Shown here: piece by piece, positions 1-14,308 of the stretch
How the letters are laid out: every line of letters starts with the position of its first letter
Numbering within the stretch: position 1 is the stretch's first letter
Assembly (NCBI GenBank): GCA_050273025.1
Contig: CP158635.1
Coordinates: forward strand, 19,840,001 to 19,904,000
Direction: 5' to 3'
DNA from: Cenococcum geophilum
Taxonomy: Eukaryota
Length of the DNA stretch: 64,000 nucleotides
Program-made: the position numbers and the translations under genes
The notes under the pieces: model-generated
What the model saw: the letters and a program-made list of their open reading frames with translations, nothing else
What the model was told of the DNA's origin: nothing
Databases searched by the model: none

Positions 1-3000
1 AGAGGAAGGGCGTTAGGGTTTAACGCGAAGATAAGTAGCTGCTAAGGCGCTAGTAGTAAGCGAGCTAATAGCAATTTTCTATGCCAGGTATAGAAAATCC
101 TAATTGGCTAGCTTAATAAATAGTATCGGCAGAACTCTATACCGCTACCTAAATTAATTAGGCGTAGCGCTCTTAGTAAGAATCTAACTAATTAGATAAC
201 TTTAACCGGCGGTTAAAGTTTTATAAGATCTTAACTTTTTTAAGTTTCCCTCTTAACCTAACCTTTAACTTATATATATAGAGTATTTATATTTACAAAC
301 GTCTCTAGTACCTTATTTAGGCTTACCTTTATTATTACATCTACTAGGTTATCTTGGCTATTAATTTATTAAATCTTAAAGAGTTCTTAACGCTTATAGG
401 ATTGCTAAAGTGCTATAATATTAATTATAAGGCGCTTCTTCTTTATAGTATTAAGCTTAACTAAACACTTATAAAGGGAATATAAGTTAGTGTATACAAT
501 TATAGGGATAATAGGAAGTTTAAGCCAATCTATAATTATCTTAAAGGTAGTTCCAATTACAATTATTATATTAACTCTACTAACTATTCTATATATCTCT
601 AATACTAGAACGCTTTAGGTAATATACTTACTCTTAGTTAAGCTCTAATAGATAAGATTACTATAGATTATAAAGTTATTCTCTCTAGTAGATTTATTTA
701 TAATAATAATCTTATATCCTAACTAGGAGCTAAAATCTTTATTATTAGCAAATAATCTATTAATAAATACAAAGAGCTTAGCGGTAGGAAGATTAATAGG
801 TATATAGAGTAGTCCCTAATTAAGATAGTTTATTTACTAGAAAAGACGCTTATTTAAAGTAAAAATATTATCCTTAGTTAGTTTCTAGTATTAAGCGGCA
901 ATAGAGAGATTAAAGGAAGCCTTAGGTTAGCAGATAAAAGTAATATAAGCTCCGCAAGCGCGTTACTCTATATATTCTTACTTTAGAGAATTAATATTAA
1001 TAACTTTAATCTTCTTACCTTAACCCTTCTGGCGTAAAGCAATGGAATCTTTATTTAGGGAAAGGATGCATCCATTAAAGAGTAATAGTATTATTAAATT
1101 AAGCTTTTCCTTTAGCTTTGCTATAGGATTTACCTTTACTAGCTTATCTTCTTTAAGAGCTAAAAATTAGTTATCTCCCAAGATAATTATATTATTAGTT
1201 TATATACTAATAATTCTAAATAGGGTTCCTATAGTTGTAATAAGAAAATAGGGGTTAAATATAGAAGTAGTTATTAAAAGCTTCTCTTTATGGTGCTTAC
1301 TATAGGTAGCCTACTAATAAGTTCCTGCCTCTATAATTCTATATAATAGTTTAAGTACAACTATAATTATATTTTTGGGATATTAGTAGCGAATTTGCTT
1401 TAGAAGGTATACTAGTATTAAGCGCTAAAGGCGCGTCTCTAATTGGGTATAGGCCTAAGTAATATCTTATAAATAAACCGCTATTCTATTCTTTATTAAG
1501 GAGGGAGCTAGCGTAATAATTACTTGCTAATTAGCTTGTTAAATTATAAGGGATTATATAAGAATTACTTTCTTACCGTTATTGTTATAACCTTAAATAA
1601 TAAGCCTTAATTTCTTAAATAAGGCGTTAGTAGCTTTACCCTTAATCTTATTAACTATTTTTAACTTAAAGATATGGACTCTATTAAACTTAGTAGGGTT
1701 ATACTTTTTAAATTTAAAGACTTCTCTAGTAATAAGACTGTTAATCTCCTGTTTATTAGATGCTTAAAAGGGGGGTCCTAAAGTTATAATATAGCCTTCC
1801 TTTTAGAGCTGTTTTATAAGCTTAAAGTTAGCTATCTCTTTAGCTATTATAAAGGCCATTAATAACTCATCTCTACTCTTAATAGCGGTAACAAATTGCT
1901 CTTCAAAATTAACAAGATATTAGCGATTTTATAATCCCTTTAGGTGACCTTTACCATGTTATAGTTGCGGCATATCTACTACAATTATCTTAGAATTATA
2001 GTCGCCTTCTAGAGCACGTTAATTATGGTTCTCCTTTAAAATATTCTTTAGGGCATCCTATAAAGGCTTAGAGCAGTTATTCCTATAGTAGGGCTTAACG
2101 ATAGTTAAGCGGAATTAGGTGGGTCTATAGGGCATCTAAAGAGTATAAGTTTAACCATTAATTGTAATAAGTTTATATAGGCCTAACTATTCTCCCTTTT
2201 TATACTATACGTATACCTTAGATTAAAGTAGCAGATTAAGCGTAGTTAAGGTATTTAGGCCATTTCTTATCCCTAATACGTTGTTAACCTAGCGCGTAGC
2301 GTAGAGATGTTATACCTCCTTTATTACTTTACAAATAGCCTTAGCTTATTATATAATAGAGGGAGATAGTAAAGAATTATTAGTTATTTAAGGGTAGGCG
2401 CTAAAGACTAGTAATGTGGGTATAAGCCTATCTAGACTAGCGGAATTATTAATAGCCTTAACAGCTATTTATAAGATAAGCTCTTTACTAGCGTCCTTTA
2501 GTTCTAAAGAAATAATCTTATATACTTAGCGTAATGGTGTATAATATTGTTCTACTTTTCTAACGCTATTATATGCCTTAATAGGGACTTCCTTAACCTT
2601 AATTGCTATTGCCTTTACTTATTACTAAAACTCTATAAATAAAAAGTTCCTTCCTATATTATAGATAACTTAATTAGGGGGTCCTAGGTAGATATTAATC
2701 TAGCATAATTAAAAGTATCTTATACGTTCCTAGCTAATATATCTTTTAAAAAGCGTACGGCTTAAAAGGAGGTTAAAAAGTTAATAACTTAGAGTACTAG
2801 CTTGCCGCTAAGATATATAATATCAATAATAATATAGAAGTTAAAGTTATAGTTATCTTTAAGGGTAAACTTAAATCGGCTAGGGGACTTTTGGTTTATT
2901 TAGTAGTAGTAGCAGTACTTTATAAGATGCTTAATTGCCTTAACCTTAACCTTATAACCTGCTTACTAAAGAACCCTAAGTAGTTAGTAAACAGATAGGT

Positions 3001-5680
3001 GGCTAAAACGATAGTATAGTTGATATAGCTCTAACTCGGTTAAGTAGCTCTAAGTAACGCTCCTTTTTAGCTATTAAAGGAGTAACTAAGGGTAACCCTA
3101 CTTACGTATAACGGGCACCCGATTATCTCCCTAAATAAGTATATTCTTAAGGTTATTAAGCTTAACGCCTAATTTATCTATATTTTAGATATAGAATAGA
3201 AATAGGGTATTTACGGGAATAATATAGAAAGTAATATATCCTAATAGGGTTTAGACCTTAATTATACCAAGAGAAATCGCAGTACCCTTACTAAAGTAAA
3301 TTGTATATTAACCTACCGTTAATTAGTCGATCTAAATAAAGCTATTAAGCTACTAAAGAGCTTAAACTTAAGGTTCTCCTACTATAGATACTCCTGCGGC
3401 TCTAGTATCTGGTATAATACCATAAAAGACGTTCGCTAAGTATCTATCATTAAAGGAAAACGCGGAACTTTCCTTTAGCTTATTAAAGATATCTAATTTT
3501 ATAACAAAATAGAGTATAGATTGGTTATTAAGAATAGTAACGGTTTATATACCATTTACCTCGCCATACTTAGTAAAGTATTGGTTGGGAGAATAGTTCT
3601 TAATTTTCATATCTATAAGGAGCTGTTTGGCCTCGTTAACCTTACCCTTAAGATCTTTTACGCCTTTATATTAAACCAGAAAGCTTTAAAAGTAGGCTAT
3701 AATAACCTCTTAATTTCTAACGTTTTATGCACTCTGGCGAAACTTATTATATACCTCCTTTTGTCTATTAAGGGGGTGCCTAGTTAACTAGCAATTTGGC
3801 TTCTTATAGACGTAGCACTTCTTCTAATAATCGCTCTAAAATAAACCTCCACAATTGCCTTATAGTCAACGTTAGTTATACCCTCTATTATATCCTCTAC
3901 CGCGGCCACTATATATTTAATCAGTCTAGTTATAATCGTATTAGTCTAGAATACTGGTTTAGATAGGGTTTTCGGTATAAAACTATTAAAATTCTTATAT
4001 TTGCGTCACAGTACCTATAGCGGAGCGTAGTTCAGTATATACTCCTTTAAATATATCTATAGGTTTATATAGCGCTAAATTACACTTAAGAATACTATAG
4101 CAGGCTAAAATAACCTAGTCCCTTAGACTATTCTTATTTTAGTAAGTTTTAGTAAAACTACATTAGATTTTCTAGAGTTTATTAAAGAGTAGTTAAAGGC
4201 ACTCTAAATAAGTCTTTATTGGATTATAAGCAATAACCCTCTAGAATATAATCTCCCGCTATTTAGATATATAGAGTTAGCGATTCTTATTAGTCTTAAA
4301 GTGGGCTCTAGTAAGCTAAAGTATTATATTAAAGTTATAGTTTCTACCTATAATATAGTCGTAATAGAATATCGCCGCCCGTCCCTTTAATATAATAGAG
4401 AAAGCGTAATAGAACTAGTAGCGTTAAATTCCGACCTTATTATAATAGTTATAAAAGACCTATAGTTTTGCTCCAAGTATATTATACAGTTCTCCTCTAA
4501 ACTTCTTCTCTTTGTCTAAATATACCTTTATTAGATTTGTAACTTCTTAAAATAGAGGCTTACTGGTTAGCTAGAATGGAGGAGTTAAAGGAGGTAAAGG
4601 AGGTAGAGGAAGAGCAACTCTAGATAGGAGAGCACCTCTAGGTGGGAGAGCACCTTTAGGTAGGGAAGCACCTTTAAGTAGGAGATTAGTGTTCTGGGGG
4701 TTTTAATACAAATTAAAGTTGCCTTCTAAAGAATATGGGTTAGTTTTAGGTTTCCGTAGTTAACGTATAATCTTAGCTTCCGTCCATTCTAGTTCTTCTA
4801 TACTAATAATAATGGCCTGAATATTACTAGTAATTGGGTTACCGTTCTTAGTAATATATACCCCATTTCTACAAAGGAAGTCCCAAAAATCCTAAATAAT
4901 ATTAATATTACCAAGTGCCTAGGTGTCAGTAGTCCATCCTACGAAGTTTTCCCTAAAATATTCCTACAGCTATAAATCGGCGTAGTATCTATCTCGGTAA
5001 AATAGGATATAGTATAGAAGAAAGCTATTGACTTATTTTGTGGTATAGGTTATTATATTAAAGGTAAATTTATCCTAATCTTTATTAATAAGTTTCGCGT
5101 GCGTAGCTACCCCTAGTAATAAGGAGTCTCTCTAGTTGTTTATAGCCATGCTTTTAAAGGGAAGTGTTATTAGTGTAGGGATTGTCGTTTGGTACGCGTT
5201 CGTGACGTATATTTACGATTATAGGGCTTAGGACTAGTTCTGGCCTTAAATCGCGAAGACCCGTAACGCGTGTTGTTCTATATAATGGACGCAAGAATCT
5301 ATAATCTAGGAAAGGCTTAGGACTAGTTCTAGCCTTTAGATCCTTAGATTTATAAAAGAGTTCTATTTAAGATTTAGGACCAGTTCTAACCTTAAAAGAC
5401 AACTTCCTTTAGCACGAGTAGCACTAGTATAGTGGCTCGTCTCTTCTTGGTGAAATACCTAGCTGTTTTACAGTATAACTGTAAAGTTAACCACTAATTA
5501 GTGTTAGTCTTATAAGGTAATATTACGTATCTATAAGTTGTAGGTAGTATAATAATTGTTGTTATATATTCTTCTTTTTGATTAAGGGCGAAGGGCTTAA
5601 GGCTCTTCGCCACGCTAGTGTCGCGGCGATACGTGACGGCAACTTGCCTCACGTGGCGGCGATTTGCCTTATTCCCAACA
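1..5680 (-). mobile_element. Ty1/Copia LTR retrotransposon, GalEa-like clade, RIP-inactivated; 3' LTR lies outside the window
   Basis: De-RIPed minus strand at ~600-780 reads KLFVFVDGSFANNKDFSSQLGY...GNLIHWSSTKSKR.TRSVLASE (GalEa-type RNase H). RT and integrase relics lie upstream in Copia order. Probable ATG near 5149. LTR at 5502-5680. Confidence 0.9.
5502..5680 (-). repeat. 5' LTR of the Copia element (179 bp)
   Basis: Bounded by TGTT...AACA. On the element strand it is followed by CTAATTAGT. Its outer end abuts piggyBac coding sequence. Confidence 0.75.
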
Positions 5681-6388
5681 TTAATTTATATAGGCTTACA
5701 CGCAGAAAGCACCATTAAGGACTATTGGCATATAGACTTCCACTATGGCTTAATGTATATTATTTAGAAATATATTGGCGCCAATTATTAGCAATAGATT
5801 AATTGCTACTTCTACTATACTAAGCCTAGATCTAAAGCTAATAAAGCCTTTAAAATATATTTAAGAGGATTAATAACTTTAATAAAAAGCTTTGCCTTGC
5901 CTTAATAAGATATTATAAGTCTAGAAGATACCTTGCTGTTAATAAAACAATTAAGTGCTTTATTAGCCGTATTACTAAAACGATTAATATTCTAACTAAG
6001 CCTATACCTAAGGGCTTTACAATCTAGGTTTTAGTTAACTAGAGCTATATCCCTAATTAAATATTTTATATAAAAGGTAATAATAAAAGTCTAGTAAATT
6101 TAGATAAGTTTTAGATAAAAAAAGGAAAGGCTTTTTAGAGACATAAATAGTTATAATAAATTGTTTAATTTAAAAAGATCCAGAGATAGACTAATATCTT
6201 TATTAGTTAAATATATATACTATCTAACTAAATAACCTATTTACCTCTATTAAACTACTTTAGCAATTTTATAAGCCTAGAATTAGGGGGTAGGAACTAT
6301 ATAAACAATTAAAATAAAGTATAAGGAGCTAGATAAGAAAAAGGAGTTAAAAAGGTAAAAGTAATTACTAATTAAGTAAATTAACTAG
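5681..6388 (+). mobile_element. piggyBac-like transposase fragment (RIP pseudogene), cut by the Copia on the left and a Gypsy LTR on the right
   Basis: De-RIPed translation gives LIYMGLH.E..IEDYW, YLAVDETIERFMGR, IPTKPTPEGF.IWVLA and WLDNLFTSIKLL..L...GIGGAGT, typical of fungal piggyBac transposases. Confidence 0.8.
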
Positions 6389-8371
6389 TGTTAGCGACTT
6401 AGTCAATTGAGGCACGAATATAGTAAGAAGGACGTATGCAAACCTATACAATTGGATTGTCTATAAACGAGGACCTAAAGCTAGAGAAAGGAGAGGGACG
6501 GAACCGCCGCTTAAAGTTTTATAAGATCCTCTAGTTACGTAACCACAATCTACCGTACTCTACTAGCTTTCTGCCGTATTCTGCCATATTCTACTAGTAC
6601 TGTAATATTACCCCCCCCCTCCTCCGAAAAAGCCTGCCCTTAGGCTTTATATATCCGTATTATACCTATAGGGCATTCTTATCTTTATGCTCTATAGGTA
6701 ACCTATTATCCTTACTATACTAGCATTCTATCTACTTATCTAAGTACTTTAGCGGTCTAGGTTCGTTAGGGTAACGGCTATAGAACTCTTATAACTTATA
6801 GGGACTACCTATAAAATTCTATATAGGGTACTAGGTAGGATCCAGGTCATATCCTTTCTAACTTATACGGTACTTTAGTATTCCCCTTATAAGTTTATAG
6901 GCTAGTATTTCTTTAATTTCCTATTTATTATCGCTGTTAACTTAAATTAGTAGGGGCGGTTTATTCTTTTATCTAGGTAATAGGTTATTTATAGCTTTCT
7001 ATAACTTATCTGGTAAGAAGATAGGGTAGACCTTAATTAAATCCGGGAGCTTTACTTTATATAAGTTGCCTCTCTTCTTAAGGACCTTATATGGTCCTAC
7101 TATCTAATAGTCTAGCTTATAGCTAGGCCGTTCTATCTTCTAGTTCTTTATTATAACCTAAACCTTATCACCTATAGTAAAGTTAGGCTTACGTCTATAT
7201 TTATTTGCCTACTATTCTATTAATTTCTAGGCCTTTTCTAGGTTTATATAGGCTACTTTCTAGACTTCTTTTAAGTGTTTATTATAATACCGTACTTCCT
7301 TATAAGATAGTTTTTCGCATATAGTCTATAGCCCTTCTAGTCTTTTCTAGTTAAAGCTTATCTAGGATAAATACTCTATTTCTAGCTAAATAGATACAAA
7401 ACCTATAGAGTTATGGGGTAGGGTAGCCTAGGCGTAGTCTATTAGAGGTAGTAGTTCGGCCTAATTATCCTAAAAATAGTTAATAAAGGGTTAGAGTCTC
7501 TAGTCTAAATACTAGTTTATAATCTCTATCTAACTATCTATTTAGGGGTAGTATACTATAGAAAGCTTTAGCTTAATACCTAGGATCCGGGTAAACTTGT
7601 TCTAGAAAGCTAATATAAACTATAGCCTATAGTTAAATACGATAGTATCTAGTAATCTATAAATTTAGTAGACGTAGTAGATATATAGTTAGGCCGCCTC
7701 TTTAGTATTAATATTCTTATAATAAGGGATTAAAAACAGGCTCTTACTAAAGCGGTTAACTATAACTATAGTTATATTATATCCGTTACGGTCTATAGAT
7801 AGCTTATGGAAGTCTATAGAGATATACTATTAGGGGCACTCTAGTATTAGGAGTAGTTTTAATAGTCCTAGGGTCTTATCTCGTGGAATTATAGACCTAT
7901 AGTAGTCGTTATAGTTTTATACGTAGCAATTAATATCTATAACTATTCTAGGCCAGTAGTAATAGTTGCCAATAATCTTACGGGTCTTATTTTTTCTAGG
8001 GTAGGCCATAAAGATCTAAGTATACGCTTTAGTAATAAGTTAAGTTTATAAGTTCTATTCCTTAGCTACTACTAGCCGTTCCTTATACTTTAGTAGTCTA
8101 TTTTTAAGGGACCATAAGCTAGTAACGCCCTTACCTTTTTATAGTACTCCTATAATAAAGGGACTATATAATTTACTTGCAGTATTTTATTAATAAGGTT
8201 AAGTTCTATAGTATTAGCAAGGCATATCTCGGCCTTTGTAGGGTCTATATTTAGTTCTACCTATATTTAGGGGTTAAGGTACTTTAGTTATAATAGTATC
8301 TAGGTCTATAATATAATCTTTACGGCTATCTTGTTATCTATATCCTATTTAGGCATTATAAGAGTATCTAT
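6389..8371 (-). mobile_element. 3' part of a chromodomain Ty3/Gypsy retrotransposon (integrase, chromodomain, PPT, 3' LTR 6389-~6607), truncated at 8371
   Basis: LTR TG...TGTAATA is followed by a poly-C tract (PPT on the minus strand). Relics of the integrase (HP.TDGQ.E and GPY motifs) and chromodomain (Y.VSWKGYD.D.TW.P) are readable. Confidence 0.85.
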
Positions 8372-8399
8372 ACGTTAGGGAAAAAATTTACTAGCATTT

Positions 8400-9150
8400 T
8401 ATTTTACTTTTTTGCCATTTTAGCATTTTCTAGCATTTCTAGCATTTTCTAGCATTTAGTAGTCAAATGCGGCATCTAAAACCAAGTACTAGCACTTAGC
8501 CGCTAAATGCGACATCTATAACTAAGTACTAGCGCTTAGCTGCTAAATATGGCATTTATAACTAAGTACTAGCATTTAGCTGCTAAATACGGCATTTATA
8601 ATTAAGTCTTAGTATTTAGCTACTAAGTGCTAACTATAAGATTATTAAGCATATATAAAAGTATAAATTTTAAATTTTATATATACTTTATTAATATTAG
8701 TAAGTATATATAAAAGTATAAAAGTATAAATTTATATATACTTTATTAATATTAGTAAGCATATATAAAAGTATAATTTTATAATTTTAATAATTTCAAT
8801 AAAATTTATATTTTATATATACTTTGTTAATAAATATTAAAGTTACTACCCCTATAAAAATCTCGCTAAGGCTCTATATTACGAAAAAATTTACTAGTAT
8901 CTTAAGTTAGGTTTATGCCAATCTAGTAATTTTAGCATTTAGCCGCATTTAGTTGCATTTTACGGCTATATGCTATACCACCAATAATAATGCTGCAATT
9001 TGCGGCTAAACGCTGCCTTAATAATAATAGTACTGTAAGCTGCAGCTTGTTATAGTACAAGCCGCTTATTACAGTACGAGCCGCTTATTATAGTACAAGC
9101 CGACTATTACGGTATGAGCTGACTATTATAGTACGAGCTAACTGTTAAGG
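8400..9150. repeat. Subterminal tandem repeat arrays: ~10-bp TAGCATTTTC units, 4 x 40-bp unit (8465-8624), AT-rich ~55-60-bp duplications, ~5 x 20-bp unit (9045-9150)
   Basis: The 40-bp unit AAATGCGGCATCTAAAACCAAGTACTAGCACTTAGCCGCT and the 20-bp unit TTATAGTACAAGCCGCTTA are visible directly. Confidence 0.9.
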
Positions 9151-9517
9151 TACGAGGTAAAAGTATATAATTAATATCGCGTAAAGATCTATATAGGAGG
9201 TAAGGTAGTATATATACGCGTCGCTTAGGGGTTAGGTCCGTGCTTATACATACGTATACGCTTATAAGCTAAATTATAACAACGCGTATTAATCCCGTAA
9301 TATAGCTTAATGCTCTCTTAGAAATAATACTAGAAATATTTTAGTTGACTAAGTTTACTATATACGCTATACTATTACTTATAAGTTACTAGAAGACATA
9401 TCCCTTGGCCCGCGTATACGCCACTATATAATTGTAACAGGTTTTGCTATATAGTAACTATATATAGTATTCGGAACTATCTATAGTTATATTATACTCT
9501 TATAATTATTACCAGCA

Positions 9518-12500
9518 TTAGATAGTCTTAGTGTCTTCCTTTTTACCTTAGCCTGCTTTTAAGCTTAAATTAGTTTTCTCCTTATATACCGACTTCTGCA
9601 GTAATAACGTAAATTTAGTTAACTTTAACATCCTCTACTTAATACTTAACTTCCGATTGGCTATAATAGTACTATAGTAGACGAGCTTAGTTTATCCTCG
9701 TTGATCTATCTAAGTAAATAGTTACTTTACCTCCAAGAGCTTATAGCTTAGCTTAACCATAATAGTGTAATTTACGCGCTATAGGTTAATAGATAGCCTA
9801 ATTAATACGAAGGTACAAAGTAGGATCTACTTAGAGTTATTAGTATTAAAGGTTTGCCTAGCCTCGGCCTTCTTAATATTAAATATACCGGCTATATATT
9901 AGAGCACCTTATCTTTACTATATTTTTTATATAGCCTATTAAACTAATAAGCCAGTATAAGAGGTAAGTAAGTAGTAATAATAATCTTATATAGTAAACC
10001 ATCTGTCCGTTTTTAATATAAATATAATTATAGATTTTTTTTTGCTTTAAAGAACTTTATATTCTATTAAAAATAGCGGTTAAGCATATTAGTAAACTCC
10101 TTACTAAGCGGGTTAGTAGTCTACTTAGCGACAATTAGGTCCTTAAGTGTACAACTCTAAGTTTTTAGGTATTTATTATCGGACTTAATTATAATAGGGG
10201 CTTACTAGTCCTAGTATTAGATAACCTAGGCTACGCTTACTATCGTTTTCGCGTTAGTATATAACTTGGCTTAGGTAAGTTATAGTATCTTAGGTTTAGT
10301 ATTTAGATTACTACTATCTTCCTCCTATATAGCTAGAAGTTCCTTATATTAGAGCCTCTACTCTATCCTTACTTAGCCCTCTATAGCTATAATTATAGCC
10401 GCCTTAGTATTATTAGAGTTAGCCTATAATATAACTAATTTAAAATAGCTGTTCTTTAGGATAAGCTTTTACTAGTTAAACTAGAGTATTAACTCCCCTC
10501 TATATATCTAAAATATTAGAATAACTATGCGGAAAAATATAGCTAGTTCGTCGAATTTCCTATCCGTTACTACTTTAGCTAGGTTAGTCTTCGTATCCTT
10601 ATAAAGATAGTTAAATTCCTTCTTCTTTAGCTAGATGTTTTCTTCTTTAAGCTTAAGCAGTACTTTAAACTCCGTTCCCTTTAGCTTATCTACTTCCTAC
10701 TTAGGCCTCTTTAATCCTGCTATAATAAACTATATTAGTTATATTAGGTTCCCGTTATTAGGCGTGCTAGATACACCCTATATAGTAGGGCTATAATTAT
10801 ACGTAATGCGGTACTCCTTAACTATATCCTAAATAAACAATATTAAGACCCTACCGGTCGCGTCTAGGTGGCATTTATCCTAAAGGATATACCTAACCTA
10901 TATTGCACTATTTAATACCTAATACGATCTAGGGGTTTAGCTAGTTAGGTATTTCTATATACTAGTTTATATAGTAATAAACTCGCGTATTAGTTGTATA
11001 GTAATATAATTTTGTGTAGTAATTAGAAGGAATTAGGTTAAGTGTTTTAGTGCTAATAGTTCCGTTATATTAGGGGTAGGGCGATAATTATTCTTAAACC
11101 TGGCTTTACCCTATAGGTATAATAGTAAAGTCTTACTAACTAAATATATATTATTGTTATTCTCCTATTATTTCTTATTAGTCTACTTAAGAGCCTTATA
11201 GATTTATAGCTATTCGTTCTTTTTTAGTTTACTAAATATTTTAACTTTATTATAGCTAGGGGCGAGAATTATAATCCGGGGCGGGTTAGGGCGCTTTATA
11301 ATTACGCTATCTCGTAATATTATACTTACGTCCTTTAGGAATCCTAGTAGGCCCAGGTTTAGCGTAAGGATAACTAAGTAGCCTCGCTATAGGTCTATAG
11401 GGTATAGCTTCTTAGAGTTATCTTCGCAGTAGTATATAATTAGCTGCTTTACTGCCTATAGGCATTTTATATCTAGTAGATACATCTTAGATAGATAGTA
11501 AGTTACGTCCCTAATAGCTTAGGCCTTTTAAATATCTATTACGTTCTAATAATAACAGTAGTTTATTAGCTATTAAGTAATTATTTATATAGTCTTGCCC
11601 GCGCTAGGTTCGTCTATATAGATACCGCCTCCTTTAATTATCCTCTCTTACTTAAATACCTAAGCTATATATACTAGTTAGTATAGGCTAAATTTAAAGC
11701 CTAATGCGAGGCCCTAATTAGGGAGTTCGATTAGGGCGGTCTTAGAGAGTACTTTTAATAAGACGAGTAGGAAATACTTTAGAGTAAGTAGAAGATCCGC
11801 CTCCGTTACGTACGCTAGTGCGCTATCTAGGTTATCCTTCCCGGCCTTATAGAGCTAGGCTAGGAAATTTTACTAATTAAGTTCTTCCTCTACGTCTATA
11901 TCTTAGTTATAATTATTAACTAAATCCTTGTCTTAGTCGCTATTATTAACTAAATCCTTATCTTTATCTCTACTCTCTACGTCTTTAGAGTTAGTATAAT
12001 ATAGGAACTGATTATTATATCCACCGGCATATTACGGTAATTTACTATCCTCTGCGGTAATATCTTAAGGGGTATTAACGGTTAGTAATGCGGTAGTAGG
12101 GTCGCCTATTATATCGTTAGGCTAGTATATACCTATAGGTTCGGTAATAGATTACAGCGATTTACCGTTATCTACGGCAATTTCTCTAGTACTACTATTA
12201 CTTATTAATATAGGCTTATAGGTAGATAGGTTATATCTTCCCTTCGCTAATTACCTTCTACGCATAACCGGCTTACTATTACTATTTTCTATAAGGGTGC
12301 CTACTACTAATTCTAGTTAAGGGCGCTTCCTACGTCTATTTAGGTTAGCCTTATAACTATTTAACTTCCTAGGCACGGCTAGCTTACTTTCATTATCCTC
12401 CGCTAGGGCACTTATTACTAATCTTAGTTAAGGCCACTTATTATATCTACCTAATTTAGTCTTACTATTATCTAATTTCTTATATCTAATAGGCTCGCCC

Positions 12501-13660
12501 TTACTATCTTCCTTAGAGCTATATACTACTAATCCTAAATAACTCCGCTTCTTACCTTCTCCTAGTTTACTCTTACCGCTAGCCTTATATAACGTTAGGA
12601 CTTACTAGCTATCTTTTACGCTACGTCTATCGCGTCTAGGCGTCTTAGATTTAATAGCTAGCAGTATATTATTACTAGTAGCAACTTAGGAGTTTAAGCT
12701 AGGAGGCGAGAATAAAGCTACAAGTACGGCCTCCTTTATACTATTTTTTGCTATTTCGCTAAGAGCTATAATAAGTATACCCTCCGACCATATTATAAGG
12801 TTTTTATATCTCTACGGTAATATATAGATATTCTTTTTAGGCGGACCGTTAATATTAAGCTCTATATAGGCTTATAGTTCCTCCTATAGCTTACCTAGAG
12901 CTATATATAGGTTTCCGCTTATTAGATATAAGACTTAGACTACCCTAACTATTAACTTACCCGTTAAGCCTATAGATTGGATTTTAATCTTAATATCTCC
13001 TATATTAATTATATTACTTACCGCTAGGGTTACTAGCTAAGGCGAAGGGATACTAGGTAGTAGGTTTATAGTAACGTCTATAGGCTATATTACATATAGT
13101 AGCTAAGGTAGCATCGTCTTATCTTATACTTTAGTCTTTTAGGGTAACGTATATTTATATAGAGGTAGGTTTTTTAATATATTAGAGGTACTTAGTACTC
13201 TCCTTACGCGATTAGAATAAGCACTTCCTACAATTTTTGGGATTACCCATAGTTTCTAATCCGGTAGAGTATTAGTAAATTATAGAAGTTACTTATAAAA
13301 CCCCTTAACGTATCCTTCTTTTATTATTATAGAGTTATCGCAATATATTACGTGCTTAGGCTTAACTTTAATCGCAACATCTTTAACCCTCTCTTTTAGT
13401 CTATTATAGTTTTTAATAGTTATTCCAAAGCCTTAGGTAATATCTACATCTTTAGTTAGCTTTAGGTTCGCCTTATACCACGTATCTAGCTTTACCTATA
13501 GTTACGTTATTATTAAGTCGCTTATTTAGTTAGGTACGTATAATATTACGGTATATATATTAAGTAGAAGGTAACTATTAAAGTAGGACGGCTTTATACG
13601 GTAGCTAACTAGCGATATACTAGTATAACTCTAATATTAGACGTAGTTAGAGGTTAGTTA
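9518..13660 (-). pseudogene. SNF2/SF2-family helicase-like ATPase, RIP-inactivated; long N-terminal region of unknown type
   Basis: Motif I GGIYxDEPGAGKT (11592-11633), motif II D(E)CH (10868-10879), motif III WGVSGTP (~10760-10785), motifs V/VI SINLQRANYTIMVEP...RVDxRGQ (~9690-9800), probable stop at 9518. Many TAA/TAG stops are RIP-derived. The start is approximate. Confidence 0.8.
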
Positions 13661-13982
13661 TTAAAGAGATAAAAGGTAGAGTAAGTAAGGTAAATAAAGG
13701 AGAGGTAAAGCGGTAGATCTTATAATTACCTATACGTACCCGTATAGAGGTAAAATTAGCTATTATTTACTACTACTAGTTAGGGTAAATATAGCTAGAC
13801 TTAGTGCTATATAGTTAAATAAGGGTATAATTATATAACTTATAAGGACTACCCTACCTAGCCTATTTAGGGCTAGGTAGCGGTTTAGTACTACTAAACT
13901 CTTATAGTTTTTAATATAAGTAATTTATTAAGTGCCTATAGAGGGGTAACTAGTTATTATAGTATAGTAGAATACGGAAGGT

Positions 13983-14308
13983 TATAGGCGTTACTATATT
14001 TCTTATTATTAATAAAGTTAGTATATATACGCGCCGCTAGAGTTAGAGGGCTAGCCTACGTTTATGCGTACGAGCTCTATTACTGCGAAGTATTTACTAT
14101 ATAATAGGTAGTATTTCCAGTAGACGGTAACGTATTATACTTATTATAGGCGTTACTATATTTCTTATTATTATATAAAGTTAGTAGATATACACGCTAC
14201 TAGAGTTAGAGGGCTAGCCTATATCTATATATATAGACTCTATTACTATAAAGTGCTTAGTATATAATAGGGAGTACATCTAGTAGATGGTAACGTATTA
14301 TACTTATT
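13983..14308. repeat. Tandem duplication of ~162 bp in the spacer between the two helicase genes
   Basis: TATAGGCGTTACTATATTTCTTATTATT...GGTAACGTATTATACTTAT occurs twice, head to tail. Confidence 0.9.

Noticed and set aside
8465..8624. 40-bp repeats resembling a CRISPR array
   Set aside because: The units are head-to-tail with no unique spacers, there are no cas genes, and the context is eukaryotic.
9224..9237. Telomere-like TTAGGGGTTAGG
   Set aside because: Too short and imperfect to call an interstitial telomere.
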